A stretch of DNA of 64,000 bases from NCBI GenBank assembly GCA_051362555.1, contig CM120644.1, positions 8,750,954 to 8,814,953 of the forward strand, written 5' to 3'. Shown in pieces: positions 1-15,100 of this stretch (position 1 is its first letter; every line of letters begins with the position of its first letter). The stretch is from Lingula anatina. Its lineage: Eukaryota > Animalia > Brachiopoda. The notes below the pieces were generated by a model. The model saw only the letters and a program-made list of their open reading frames with translations. It was not told the DNA's origin and did no database searches. A program made the translations under genes and the position numbers.

Positions 1-764
1 GCAATTGAGCTGCGTGGATAGACTATAACCGAAAATATGCCTCAACTATAAATGTCTTTTCCTCAGTAGTCCATGGCATCTCGAAGGTCGAATTTGGTAG
101 ACTCTTAGAACATTAATTTGTCTTGATAAATCTGAAAAATAAAAGGAATTGATAATTTATTTTAAAAGTTATTCAAGGTGATATTAAGTGATGACCGTTT
201 TTTTTTTTTCTGTGTCATCCTGTACCTTACAATGCACCCAACTGTGCAGACTCCCCACATAATGTGCTGTCTGTCTCCCAGGGACTGTTTACCTCAAACA
301 GCTGTTATCGATCACGATAAACCTACTCTTACCTCTGGCCAAAGACGGTTCCAGGGAGGGTACAGCAGGCACTCAGCTTCCGAGGTGACAAGTCTACTCC
401 CTACCGACCCCTACCACCTCCCCCTCTCAAAAATAAATAAATAAATAAATAAATAAATTAATTAAAATAAAAAAATAAAAAGGTAATAATAATGATAATA
501 ATAATAAATATAATGTATGATTACCGAAATTAGGCAATCCCACATATTTCCCTTCTCTAGCTGTGCGATACATATTTAATATGAAAAAAAACCTTGCTTC
601 GCTTCGCCCGACATTTTCCATCCTTGCCCCCCCCCCCCCTCTGCCCGTCCACTTCTTACCAAAGTCCGTTACCCACCAGAGTCTATCTATAGCTACAGTT
701 TGATTTAAGTTAATTCGAATGATAACCATTGTAGGGTTTAGACATTCTATAGTGCTTCATCACA

Positions 765-1558
765 ATGATTTCACTAAAGTTTTCAACCCTTTTTCTGATA
801 CACTTGGTGTGGCTAGCATATGGAACGAGCGAACAAAATTTATCACCGAACATTACCGAAATCAGCAAGCGTGTCAAGGCGTTGGAAGCTTCACTCACCA
901 GCATGAGTGTATGGGTGGAGAGACTGGAGCTTGAAGCCCGTCAAATGCGCAACGCAAGCGGAAAATCGGGTTAGTGAATTTTTATGTATAATTGGTGATA
1001 ATCCTATCGGTTTATAATAGCTTCATAAAGAAACCTGTGTTTTGTGTAATATAGAGGACATTTTTAACGCCAGACAGTGGTCCTTTTCATGATTTCCCCA
1101 AACCAAATTGTGTGACCCTGGCTCTGATACTGGCTTTTTTATCTTCAGATGTGCCGGTCGTTGCATTTTCGACGCGACTAACCAAGTCTCTTCCAGTTAG
1201 TGCAAAGGACAATTTAGCGTTTTCTGGCGTTATCCTTAACACGGGAAATGCATACGATCCAGCAACTGGACGCTTTACTTGTCCTGTCAACGGCACTTAC
1301 TTCTTCACGGCAACCATTTTGACGTCATATAAAGGGGGAAAGGTCGAGGTCAAGTTGGTCAGCAGCAAGAAACCGGAAGATTATCTGATGCTTCTTCTTG
1401 CCGTTAGTCTTACCGACCATAACAGCGGGTCCAATTCTGTAATATTTCAGTGTGAGAAAGGGGAGGAAGTTTACCTACAAGTTTTCTACGTTGATGCACC
1501 GAGTCCAACTTTGTGGAACTATTGGTCCACATTCTCTGGATATCTCATCGCCACATAA
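765..1558 (+). CDS. Secreted C1q-domain-containing protein (signal peptide, coiled coil, gC1q), 2 exons, about 204 aa
   Basis: Exons 765-969 and 1149-1558 are joined by a phase-1 GT-AG intron (G|gttagt...ttcag|AT gives D-V-P-V-V-A-F). Hydrophobic N-terminus, heptad segment ISKRVKALEASL, and gC1q motifs VAFS, ILNTGNAYDPATGRFTCPVNGTYFF and WSTFSGYLI. AATAAA signals near 1727-1741. Confidence 0.93.
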
Positions 1559-4500
1559 AAATGAAAAGTGAAAGCAAATGTGACGTTGTTTTGACGTTTT
1601 GGCGTCACAATACACTTGTCATTTACCCCTTGATGTTTACAAGTATGTGATTAACAATTGTGGTCATTTAAATTATCTTACTGTGACTACAAGTTGATTA
1701 TAAATACATCCGTTACCATAATGAAATAATAAACAATAAAACAAGCTGCAATTATATGATACGTATTGTTACATCTTTGATCGAATAGTTCAAGTGTCCG
1801 CTATTTGTTCCGATTATTTATGTCGTTCCTTCTGAGCATTGTCTGGGGAAATTCGGTACACCCCTCTGTCGTGGCCCGGGGTCCTCGCAGAAGTCGCCTC
1901 AGAGAGAAATGCTTAAGCTGTGTTTGCCTCGTGTGATAAAAATAAAACGTAATCACTTCAGGGGTAGTCATAACTTAAAGGGGTGTACTTTCGTTTTACT
2001 TTTGGCGGCCATTTTGGATTCCCTTAAAAAAGGGGCTATGATACTGCATTCATAAAGTTGAATTTTTTAACTTTTGAATAAGTCTTATACAGTCTACATA
2101 GTAGAGGTTTCATATTAAAACAGTGATTTTAATCCTTCTATTCAAAAACGCTCAGAATACCATTTATCAAACTGTGTCAAAACTCGTGCATAAAATGCAT
2201 GATCTGTTCGATTTTGCCATATTGCTGGATTCATTGTAAAAACTACAAATTTACTCACCATTGAACAAAACTACTTTTTGCGACAGACAAAAATGACGAC
2301 ACAAGCATATCTCACAAAAATTAAAGCAATTTATTTCACATCTTATCTGTTTAAATACCGAGGTTACCTCTAATGCACTTGTTTTTCAATGCTTAATGTT
2401 TGCTAGTTCATTGTAATATTTGGATTGGTCGGAAAAATATTTTGGGATTTTTTCAAGGCGTTTTTTTTCTCTGGAATGTCCACAAAATCTCGTATCGAAG
2501 CAAGCGCTTTATGTGGGCCACCTTCTTATATTAACTGTCATATTTTATGGAGTGAAAGAGATTAAAAACATTATATTGCGCCTGTCAAGCTGCATGTTAC
2601 GATTTTTCACTTACATTCGTAATCGTATCGCGATAAGCAATATCGAATGTTTAACTGCAAGCATTACAAATACACGGTCTTTTTCCAGAACGAAAAATAG
2701 CTTTCCTATGTTTATTCGGATTCCAATTCTACAGGAAAAAACTTCCTTGATGCTTATAGTGTCAATATAATACCATATATTGTGTACAATATAACGGGTG
2801 TTTTATGAAAGATGTCTTTACTTTTCATAGACAAATGTATAAATTATATCCTTAGTGAAACTACGGGTCTCCTTTTCAGTGATCAGTAGAGGTTCTCTGA
2901 TGATCACATCATTTTAGAAGGAGCATAATTACTTTTACCAAACCCGATAAATATATTCAATATACATGGGTAAGCAGCATCACGTTTTCCAATATCAAAA
3001 GTAACACCTGAATTTACAATGACTCCAAACCAGTCTTGACATTGTTAATCCATACAATATTTTATTCTGCTGTGGTAGAATTATTCGTTTTAGACTGTTA
3101 CATAAAATTACATTTATATCACATCATAAAATGTTCCACGCACAAGTCTTCGTTTTCAGTAGGGGATTTATTTAGTCTAAAAGCAAAATGAATCACAGCA
3201 CATACGAACAAAAACAGCTTGTCGGGAATGAAGAAGTAACATCAACATACTGCAATATTTCCCCATGAAACAAACAGCACAAATATAAAAATAAATATAT
3301 CCTCTTAATGTTTGTAAAGATATTAGAGATAACTTAAAATACCACATGCATTTTCTCCACTGTCAAACTGATTTCTTGCATTCCAACTATGGTTTCGAAG
3401 GGGGGGGGGGGGGCAGTTACCAAGCGCACACGAGGCTATTAATTGGCTACTGAACTTGCAGATGTGATGAAATAGGCGTGTGTGCGCACACATGAGCACG
3501 AGTGTATGCATGACTGCACGTCTGTAGCGTAGGGGTTGGAGGGGCTAGTTACATTCTTCCCAGCTTGGTAACTGGTCTAATAGTTCAGTATGGGTGAGGT
3601 TACAGTAATATAACTCTTAGACTATTACATTTTTTGTTGACATTACTTCAGTAAATAGTTCCAAGAAATCCACAATATCTAACATGCTATGGTCGGATAA
3701 ATGCCTCAGTAAGTAAACAATACAGCATCAGCTTTGGGAAAATTATGAATTAAAAACTTGGAGTCAGAAAAAACATGACGACATAAAAGTTAAATTAACT
3801 ATTCAATATTAAGATGATCTCAATAACAATAATTAAACCAAATCATTAATAATCATGATAAAACAGAATTGCTACGTGTTACAATTTTTTATGCATTAAA
3901 GTAGAAGTGCATATAATGCGCGGCATAATTTAAATACACAGAGATACAGTGAAAATAAAACTATCACATTTACTGATAGAGATACCTTTAATGCATGGAG
4001 TCACCTATTAATAACCAATCATTTAAAAAATCTCATTCTGTAAGTCCATTGCTTGACTGCATGCTGTGTACATTTTTATATATTGCAATCAGCACTTACT
4101 ACACTTGGGGAATTCTGTATTCAGCCCATTAGATGGGGTTTCGCCTTCCAAAATGCAGTTTTTTGTAATTATTGCTAAATACAAAGTTTACAGCATCTAA
4201 TATTCAGAAACTTTTGTCCACATTTTTTTGGCAACTTCATTGTTCACTATTCCAACTGTACATAAATTGTAACCTGGGCTGAACCAGAACCATGCTTACT
4301 TCATGTTTTATAAAAAGATCACAAATCAAGCAGAGGTTTGGGATGTATTATGGTAAAAACTCCCTAATTTTGAGCACAAATTTCAAGAGTTGGGTTTAAA
4401 AAGCAAGCAAATTTGGGCATTTGAAAATAAGATATCTTGAAAATGGAAATAGTGGAATGAGATGTTCAAATCATTGGAGTTATTACTGTACCCACCATGG

Positions 4501-5694
4501 GGACCATGATCTCTTATCATAGCTACAGGCTGTAATGAATATTGCTATCTGTCAGTTGCAGTGACTGACCAACTTCATAAACATTTTGTTGATTCTTCCA
4601 TGGACTGTCATTACATGCATATGTCTTGAGTAGATATTAATATAAAACAAATTACTTATTACAAATAATTCACAACCTTTAAAATGCAATTCCAAATAAA
4701 TGATTGTTCATCCAAATACAATATTAATTAATGGTATTCCAATAATTCACGACATATTTCCCAAAATGAAATATAAACAGTACGTGTTGCCCACCACTTC
4801 TCTTTTTTTCATTTTCATATGATTTCCATTATTTAAATGAAATGGTTATAATTATAATAATGACACTATTTCTTCTGTTTCTGTTAATCTAATGCTCTTG
4901 TATATTGTGATATGTTTTTTTATACATAAAGATACAAAAATATAAAAGACATCCCCTCTGGATTTCCTCAAAGACCTTTAAATTGGATAAATTCACTCAT
5001 GGTAATTATTCATAAATTCAAGAATAATTGAATGAATCAAAAAATAGACTGTTTTAATCTGAAAAAGAGGGGGCTGAAAATATGAACAGGATCAATTTTA
5101 CATCCAAATTTTTGGACTTACTGGGCAGTTCAAAATTTATGAATAATTACCAAACTTTAGAGCTTACTGGAAACAGATCTTCACTTGGCAACATAAACTA
5201 AATAATAATAAAAAACTAGAGATAGGTCCTAAACCAAGTTTACAGAGATTTATATGTTCCTATTGGAAACAAATAAACATCATGAAATGCAGTGGCCATT
5301 ACCATAAGCCTGAAAAATAAACACTTCAGCCCTATTTTAGACCTTTGTTTGCTATTTATCAGTATATAAATATTTAATCCTTTTTTAAATGAAAAATTGC
5401 AAAAATTTGATAAGGTGTCCAAAAATTCAACTGAGTAGTTATCAGCTGTTAATATCCTGTAAAAATTGAAAAGATAAAAAAAAAAAAAAAAAAGTAAAGA
5501 GAAAATTATTCAGCTGTAAAAAATGTCTACTGTACAATTCAAAAAAGAGCCTAAAGAAATGAACAACTTATATTTTTTCCCTTTCTCTTGCTAAGTGAAG
5601 ACGTCCGCCTCAACTCTGTTTATAGGCCAGGCCTGAGGTAAGGGGGTCTATGTTATCACAAGTGTGCATGCACATGTGCATGGCCTTGAAACGA

Positions 5695-7744
5695 TCATGC
5701 TGTGCTCTGTCCTGACTGCATATCAACACGATACTTGTCTGCGTTGCTGTCGCCTCCTCGAGAGAAGGAAAATTTCCATTCACTTGGACGGTGCTGAAAG
5801 AAACAAAATGGTTTTGGAAGGCACGTAAATATATAGCAAGCTTCTTTAATATAAAAATGTTCAAAAAGATATGATTTCCAATGAATTAAGCAAAAGTTGA
5901 AGCAAAAGGAAATTAATCAAAAATGTGTCAGTGAGTAAGACAATGGCTTTGTCTTCATAACCATCTTTTTTTTCCACTGGTTACAAGACATGCCAAATAT
6001 ATATAATGACTAACTTTTATCATCCCACATATTTTTTTCACTTTCTTTCCTTTATATGTCATTATATATTTCCTATTCTATTCCATCTCACTTTATTTTT
6101 CATTGCTTCTTAATATTTTCTATTTCTTTGTAGGTAACTATTACATTTCCATCCATCTATTATTGTTTCAGTTTCCAAAACTATTCCCTATTTTGTTAAT
6201 ATTCCAATTCCTTACTTTGATAAGCCACTGTCCGGAGCGTGTGGTGGGATTCTTGTAGGCGTAATACAGCCAGGCCACTGTTCCGATGATTAAAATGACA
6301 ATGATGAAGATGACAATCAATACCACTGCTATGGTCCCAGAGGCGGAGTTTGCTTGTGGCAATGCTGGATGTAATAAAATCAAATTTAAGATGATGCTTT
6401 ACATTCAATGAACCAAATTAAAATTGTTTTTTTTTTACTAATTAATAAATAGGTAAAGTCAGAAAGTTGCTCTGAACACACTTGCGAACCTAATTCTTGT
6501 TTTCTGAGGTCCACACATAAAATATCTTTTCACTGGTACATTGGGAGGCAGGATTCAATAAAACAGTTTCATCAGGTATTTGAGACAATTATCTTCTTTT
6601 TTGAGGAAACATGAAAACTATCTTTAACAAAAGCTTTGGCCAATTATGTATGCATGATGGGTCCAAAACAAAAATAAATAATGTAAATTGATTTTTGTTT
6701 TAAAATTCAAACTGACCTTGACTGCTTTTGCTGCTAGTAGTGGTAATGTCTGAACACACAACCTGCTGTTTCTACAATATAAAAAATATACACAATCAAA
6801 AATAAACTTCATATATATATTTATCATATACATGGTCAGGGTTATCAATGCGACCAAAATGTGCAAACAGCAGTGATAAATGTATTTCATTTATTAGTTA
6901 GTATATGAAAGAGAAAACAATTAGAGAAAAACCACAATAATTAAAAAGATATCACAGATATTTATGAAACAAGATAGTCAAATCAGAGAAAAATAGCCAT
7001 TATAAAACAGTTTCATTGGTGAAAATAAAGCTGCTCTACCAGCCATTTTATCATTCAGCCTGCCTAAACTGTTGTGTCAATTTGAGGGTGCAATAAAATC
7101 TTGTTTATCACATTTTTTCCAACAAAATACATGCATGTTTAACATTCAGTGGTAATAAATGCAATAATCAACCAGTGAAGCCAATGCAATATAAATTATC
7201 ATAAACTATAGGTTCTATAAGTACTATGTTGCTTTAATTTAATAGTGCCACTTCATGGTCAACACTGCTGCCACCTATAGCAGTGCCAGGTGGCAAATAA
7301 GAAGTTTAGAGTGAACCCTGCCCCACTTCAGCCAGCAGTGGTGGAACAGTGCAAACTGTGGTATCAGGTAAATATATCAAAATGTGTAAAGGACATACAC
7401 CTCACACCCCTGCAATTAGCCCACACACACATCCCCACTTAATAATAGGCAATGCCACTTAGGGTGAGCAGTTCTTTTTACACAACAGACACCATCTAAG
7501 CAAGAAGCAAGAATTTAGGTAGTCATAGAAAACAGGACATAGATTTGTAAGTTTGATTTACTTGTACTTTATTTTCAACTGTCATTGTCACTTTTAAATT
7601 TATACATATACATATGGAGTTAATATTTGGTTTTGGGTACATACATATTGTGGTTTTTACAAGAGTAAAGACTGGGTCAAGACACATGTATGATTTCAAA
7701 TGTAGTGTGGCATTTTTCTTTATTAATTAATTTATTCACTTTTA

Positions 7745-7802
<58 letters not shown>

Positions 7803-9061
7803 ATTTTTTTATTTTTTTTTTACAGATTTGAACCATACGTACAGTCACACAAGTTTGTGTAAACAAGCAATAAAGCGTACCAGTACAAATATACAGTGTA
7901 TCCTCTTTTTGTATTGCTAGAAGTGTCACATGTCACAAAATGCTTTACAGTAAGATGGACGTTAAAGTTAACGGAAAAGTTATTTTTCATATCTTACATT
8001 TTGGTATGATTTCCAAATCTTAAACTATTTTGTTGTTTTCTTTTCAAATTGGAATTGATTTTGCCCACATGCCAAAATCATATCACGGCATGTGCTACTT
8101 CACGAAGCATGCTTCAGTGAAATCACTACCCAATAACAAGGCTGAAAACGTGGCAATATTCTTGAAAGATTTACTGATGGTGTATGCTTTCTATACTGCA
8201 TAGTTAAATGAAATACTTCAGCAGCACATCCTTGATCTATACAAGCTATGTACCTTTTCATCATCTAGGTTTGGTTATCCTAGCATTATAGTATCAGACC
8301 AAGGCAGAGAATTCTGCCACACCTTAGTTGCCACCATATCAAAAATAACTGGCTGCAGCAGGTGTGTTACGAGCCCATAACACCCATAGGTGATTAATAT
8401 ATTATTAATAAATATTTCCTTTCTGTTTCTTTTAATCAATCAAATATACTTTCATGACTTACACTAGCGATAACATTATAGAACAACCAATGTGGCAGCA
8501 TAAGAGTAAATGTATCATTTTATATTTCAGAGAGATACGATCAAACTTTGAAGGCAATGTTATTAACCAAATAATGCAAAGATCCAAAAGAGAGGGATCT
8601 CTACTTAGGGCAACGCAACTTTGCATATAACACTTCCGTGCAGGCCAGCATGAAAATGACACCCCATTTTCTTATGTTTGGAAAGTGAGCATGAGTTTTC
8701 ACTCAGATAGAAAGTCAAAATTATACTTAATACCACAGGTGTAAAATACAAGTATCACAATAATTATGTAAATCACTCTCGGTCTCATCAAACATGCACA
8801 GCATCTAAGTATTTGCCATTCTAGTGAAGCAACTCTTCCAAATGAAGACCTAAATAACTTGCAACCAATGAATGAGGAAGAAATAGACCCACTGCCACGG
8901 ATAGAAGTAATAAAAGTATTAAACTGTAAGGCACGACCAACAGCTATGGCCAGCATAGAGGAAACGCAGGCAAAGCTAAAGAAAACTATGACGGCAAACG
9001 CTGCAAATAGGTTAGACTTAACATGGTTTTTATTTCTGTTTATTGTCATGCATTTGGTTAG

Positions 9062-9122
<61 letters not shown>

Positions 9123-12100
9123 CTACACTTGGGCTTCATTATCAATTTAATTTACTTGCATACCAATATGCTTATATGCCCTTTCACGATCAAATATGAT
9201 ATGTTTTTAAACTGTATTAGATTGTGCAATTATTTTCTTTGCTTTTTTCAGGAGTACCAGATTGGGTGTAAGGTTTTGAAACTAGACCTGAGGCGGGCTG
9301 ATAGAAAAGGGGGAAATGACGTGGACAGTTACATTGGCCCATACATACTTGTTGGGAAAGGAAAACATGAGAGTACATTTAGACTGAAGACACATGACGG
9401 GAAAAAGCTCAAGGCGGCCATGGGTGCCAAACTGCTAAAGAAATATAATGAAAGTATTAATTACCCATGGCACAAGTTTATTTTTATTCCATTCCTCTCA
9501 ATTAAATTTCCATTTTTTTAATGTGTACCTTTTTCATTGTGAAGTGGCCATGGGGAATACACATCGATGTCATTTTTTACCACACGTTTAATTTGTTTGG
9601 GTGAATTTGATTCAGAATCTAAGCATGGATATTCTATTTGAGTTCAAAACAGTAAAGTAAGTTCCAGAAGACTATGCATTTGCTTTAAATTAAAAAAAAA
9701 GTTGTACAAACAACGTACAAAACCTCAGAATTTCGCAAGGGGGCTAGAAAATGCTCATGAGGGCAAGACTTACCAGTATCAATGCATTACCTACTTTTTT
9801 GCACTGGAGCACTTCATGCAGTGGCAAAAAGAGCTGACAACTGGGCCAGAACTTAGTATTTTAAATGCTCTGTCATCCGATAATAGAGACATTGTGACTG
9901 ACATGTTGACATTAGACATTTTCAATTCATGGCAGACATGTTCAGCTGTTTGATGATTTTTCGGGAACACTGCAATTTACAATATTGGCCATGGATAGGG
10001 TTGAACATCTAATAGATATGTATGTATGCTGTGACACCATCTATTTGTATCTTACACGTATCACAAGCCAAACAGATATTATCAGGACACCAGGATAATA
10101 CCAGGATGGGGAGGCATGTCAATCGGACAATCAACCTGGGACACAATAAATAATATTATTTTGTTAAATACATTGGGGACAATTTACAGATCTGTCATCC
10201 AAGTTTGTCAATAAAAATTATGGTAGAGAGTAGTTATTTATTTATTTATTTATTTTTTATTTTTATTTTTTGCATAGCATGTAAATATATAGGCACTGTA
10301 ACAGTAGACTCCATGTAAGTCAGATGCTTTGGGGTCTGTAATTTTTTCTATTGTGCAAAATTTGAGTCAGGCAATGCTTAGAAGATTCAGCCAATATCCA
10401 AAGAAAAAAAATGATGTGCTCAAACAATTATCAGTTATGGGGTAACACTTAAGTTTAGCAGAGTCTTAGTAACTATGTGTAATACTTCAATATACAAAGA
10501 TGCTCCAAATGCACACAAACACACAAGAAAAAAATGCCACCAGAGATATACTTCAGCTATATTCAGATATGTTCTTAAGTTAGACTGGGGCTACCAGATT
10601 ATTGAAACCATCAACTTCAGCATAGATGTAAATGCCTTCAACAAAGTGACACTTTAGTAATCCAGATAAGATTCAGAAAAAAAAAACATATTTATTGATT
10701 TTTGGGTAAATTTAGTAGGTTTTTTGCTGTGCTGCAGTCTAACTTCAACACTTTTCTGAAAACAGATAAAGAATCACAAAACGTCACATAAGAAACAAAA
10801 GCTTCAACAAGTCTAACAAGGGAAAGGATGGAGTGCGACTGGTAGTAAGCTCGTTAAATTTACTGGAAATTATAGTCATAGAAAGTGCATCGAACATCAT
10901 GATTTGCTTTGTCTGATATCTCATTGCAGAAATAGGTTTATTTGGTTAAATCATATTCATGCCTTTTAAAAATACTCAAATAAAGAGAAGTAATGACTTG
11001 GAGTCTCATTACTGAAATCATTTACAAGAAAACCATATAACATTCACAGATCAATATTGATAGAATCATTAATTTCAATCTCCAATTTGACGAGTGCAAT
11101 TATTAAGAATAGGCATCTAGGTAAGAAGGTTATTTTAATGAGGCAGGTTACTAGAAAGCCATTGGCCGAAGGGAGAAAAACATGTGAAAGCCACGCAGAA
11201 TCACAAGTAAATAATTCAATTTACTGTGTTTAAATGGCATCCAGTGGGGACAAACTTTGGAGGTGCAGTCCGCACTGCATCAGTTGTCCTCTTTACTGCA
11301 GGAGTTCTCCTGGATGTGCTTGTAGTTGTGGGGTTTGATGAGGTTGTTGTACTATGTAAACATTCACTCAAACGTGTCAAGCCCTGAAAAGTTTGCCATG
11401 AGACATTTGTCAATACAGACCTTCTCTGAAAATTTTATCAAAATCATCCAAAACTTTTTGAGTTAAAGGCTAAATAAACCATTGCAACAAAGCCAATGAC
11501 AGAACCTCCTTGGCATTGGTAATAATTATTTTTCTGGACAAGTAGACCTTTCATAATGTCTCTTTATAATGATGATGGAAATTAATGTGCAATGACAATC
11601 AAGGCCCTTTGGTTAAAGGTCAAAATGGTAGAAAACATGTTTACAATCCTTCAGAAATAACTTATTTATAGCCAAAAACCTCTGATCTGACGCAGTTATT
11701 CACTTGGCCCACATCTACAAACTTACAATTCCATAAAGAAATATACTTATATCATGTTCTTAATAATCAATAATCAACAGTTTGTTAGCTGTAGATTTAT
11801 GTTCATGTCTGTACTATATGCTACCATGCAGAAGGTATACTTTGTAGGAATTCAGACAGTACATGGATCCATAAACAACAGCTATAATGTCACTACAAAG
11901 ACAAAAGCACAATGAACTAACTAGGTTGTACCCTTTACCAGGGCTACATAGTAAAATTTCACACAGAATCAGCATCATCACTCATTTGGTCTCTGGTGGA
12001 GAGTATTACTAAATCAATCTGCCATCTTTTAAATTACTTTGAGTCCTCCCATCTTTTTAGTACTCAGGATAGCATGAAAAAATACCTAAAAGCTTAAATT

Positions 12101-15100
12101 GCCCAAAATATGCCAAAATACACTGAACTGCCAGCTCTTCGCATAAAATTTTACAGCTGACTGATGGCATTACCTCGAGCAGAGAGTTTGCATATAAATT
12201 GCTACTTTAGAGAAGCCAAAGGACAGGCTACCCATATGCAAACAAAGAATTCATTTTTCGACAGTAAATTGATAACATCACCTCAAGTAGAAGGTTTGCA
12301 CAGTGACTTTTACAAGAAATGTCACAGTGAATGTCTGCATTTGGCAAACCAGTATTGGATTTAATTTAGCTCCCTAAAGACAAGCAGTGAATGCAAGAAC
12401 AAAAACTACAAAAGTCAGATGTGTATATGTAAATAGTGAACAGAACACAGCCAATTGCTGAAACTAATGGAAACCATAGAAAGTGAGTGGCAGACCTATA
12501 TCAAACACACTGAAAGAGCACTTGAAAATAGGCCGTAATTACATGAAGCACAATTGCACTATATATGGATAAAAAAGATTGTTACCATTATGGCAGTGTT
12601 GTATAGGAAGCTTAGGGCAGTGTAGAACTACTATGACACACAAAAATAAAGCAATGTGTTGATCAATTGTGTATACAAAACTATGGAGCAAAAACTACTA
12701 AACTATGTACTGGAGCAGGTGGCTAACCAGCAAACTATTATTACAACTGAGCAGACAATTAACCAAGAAAACATAGTGACCAATGAAACATAGAATAAAA
12801 AAAGGGGGTGAAAACAATTCTTGACAAAATTATCATGTTTTGTATCTGCTAACTTAACCTGCTTCATTTCATACGTTTTAAAGTTTTTCCATGTTGTGGT
12901 GGCTGTTGGCTTGGCAATGGTGGATTATTTATTAGCTGGGTCCTTGTGTATGCTTCACTGATGTAATCATACTGAACATCCACAGCAGCAAAAATGACTG
13001 AAGCTTTTCTTCAAACACACCAAATTCCCCACTCTTTAAAGTTCAAAGCTGTTACAATAAACAAAACTGAAAATTGGCTCTTATTTTTACGATGAAGTTT
13101 TCTCACAGTGAGTGTCACATACAGTACTCACATTCTGATGACAACCATTTAGTTGCCATGCTTGCCGGTGGCGGTCCATGCCATCTGAGCACTTGTTGAG
13201 TTTTTGACACCAGGAGCAATTAAACTGGGCCAAATTGGCAGTGGTGCAAGTGTCACAGGTGGTCTGTATGTTACAGGCTGAAATAGAAAGGGAGGGATGC
13301 AGCAGTTTATACATAACTTAAAGTAAATTTAAGATCTGTATGCTAACTATTCCACTTGTTTTTATTTTTTAGAAAGACAATTTATTATAATAACAACATA
13401 CTGGTAACATCTGCTGTTTCAAAGATATATACATAGCATTTATCAAGACAAACTAAATAACAATATGGTAGAAAAATTCAATGAATTAATCAATATAAAG
13501 ATTGGTAAAACAAACCAATGAGCTAAAAAAAATTGCAAAGTAGTAAGAGAAATAGCAAATACAGCAAGGGATTCAGTGTGTAAAATAGAGACAGTCACTA
13601 TAATAGGCACTTACTTGCCAATGGAAACAACTTGTAGACACTTTTGCTTCTTACTTTTGAAAGGTCCAGAACTATTCTGTCATATTCATAAATTGTGCGA
13701 AATGTCATGCCTGAAGTGAAAAGACACACTTATTTAAAACCATATACAGGTGCATGTGTTCTTCATGGCAAAGTAAAACAAAATATTTACAAAGAAGTGT
13801 TTACTTGCATTTGGTGTTTTTCTGCTGATTAATATTAGAACTACCAGGCCAAATTATGGGAGATTCAATGCAGCGATTCATATAATTAGTCACAAAAGAT
13901 GAAAAAATAAATCTAATAAATGACATCACCCTACTGGATAAACCAACACATTACCTCTCTCATGCAAATCGAGTGTTGTTTTTAAAATTACCTGTGTTTG
14001 GTTCAAGTCTGTCAATATAATAGGCATCTGAGACACCAACTTTTACCGGGTGATAGGCAGAGGAGATAGCGGGGACAGACACAGGTACCTAGAATGTGAA
14101 CATGTGTAAGTAATAACTTAGTATTTCACATATTTAAATCAATACCGGACCTCAGGGCTTTTTTCAGAGTTGGGGGGTACAGCCCATCTAAAATTGACAG
14201 CTGTAATTTCCTACAAAAATTCAGGGAGTCCAAGCCATTATTTTTCAAAAAAATTCATAAGCTGTCCAGTTGTTTTTGAATATGTAGGCCGTCCGGTGAC
14301 CTCGGTGGCTGTCCAAATGACAGCTGGGGGGTTCTCTGGGAAAATCCTTGCTAGACCTACAATTTCGTCCACATGATGAAGTTGCTCTCCCTTTCAGAGA
14401 TTCAGCCTATCTACTGGAAACACAGATAACAAGTCAATTACATGACAAGACTTAGAAAAGTTCATCTGGATTCTCCGTAGAATGGCTGAAGGTTCCTAGA
14501 GGGTGATGCAAAGTCAACAACTGGACCAAATTGTAAGTCCAGTATTAAATATAATAAAATCCTCTATATGAAACTAGAATGTTTCAAAAATGAAAATCTA
14601 GATCACAAAAAAAAAGTGCCCTAGAAAATTATATATAAAATGTTTGACCACTCTGTTTCTGATTTGGCAGTTATTGGGTGACTTTGTAATATCATTCATT
14701 TCTACACTGAAGCAAGTATGAGATAGAACAGTCACTGCTATTTAATTCAGTGTCAATTCACAATAAAAATCATCTAGTAACACTTTACAATTCTTAAGAG
14801 CAGTCTCAGGAAAAAGATCATAATCTTCTTCCTCCTGGTGTGATTCTAAATTGCATATTAATTGAATAATGGATGCAAATTGGTAGGCAAATAGCATAAA
14901 TCTGGTAGACCTGTTGCAACACAGTCAAGTACATATTGGTAAAAATCTTTGATGAGTAATCACATTACAACTTACGATTTTGTATACAAAATAAATTTCT
15001 CCACTGTTCTTTAAAAGCAATTGGAATGTAAAATTTCCAGCTGAAAAGAAATGGATGATCAATAAATTATTCATCAGTTAAAGAAAAATTATCTTTAGGC

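Noticed and set aside
1957-2800. CpG-rich stretch starting ttaaagggg, possible transposon; ORF 2420-2770
   Set aside because: No matching second terminus and no recognisable protein motif were found.
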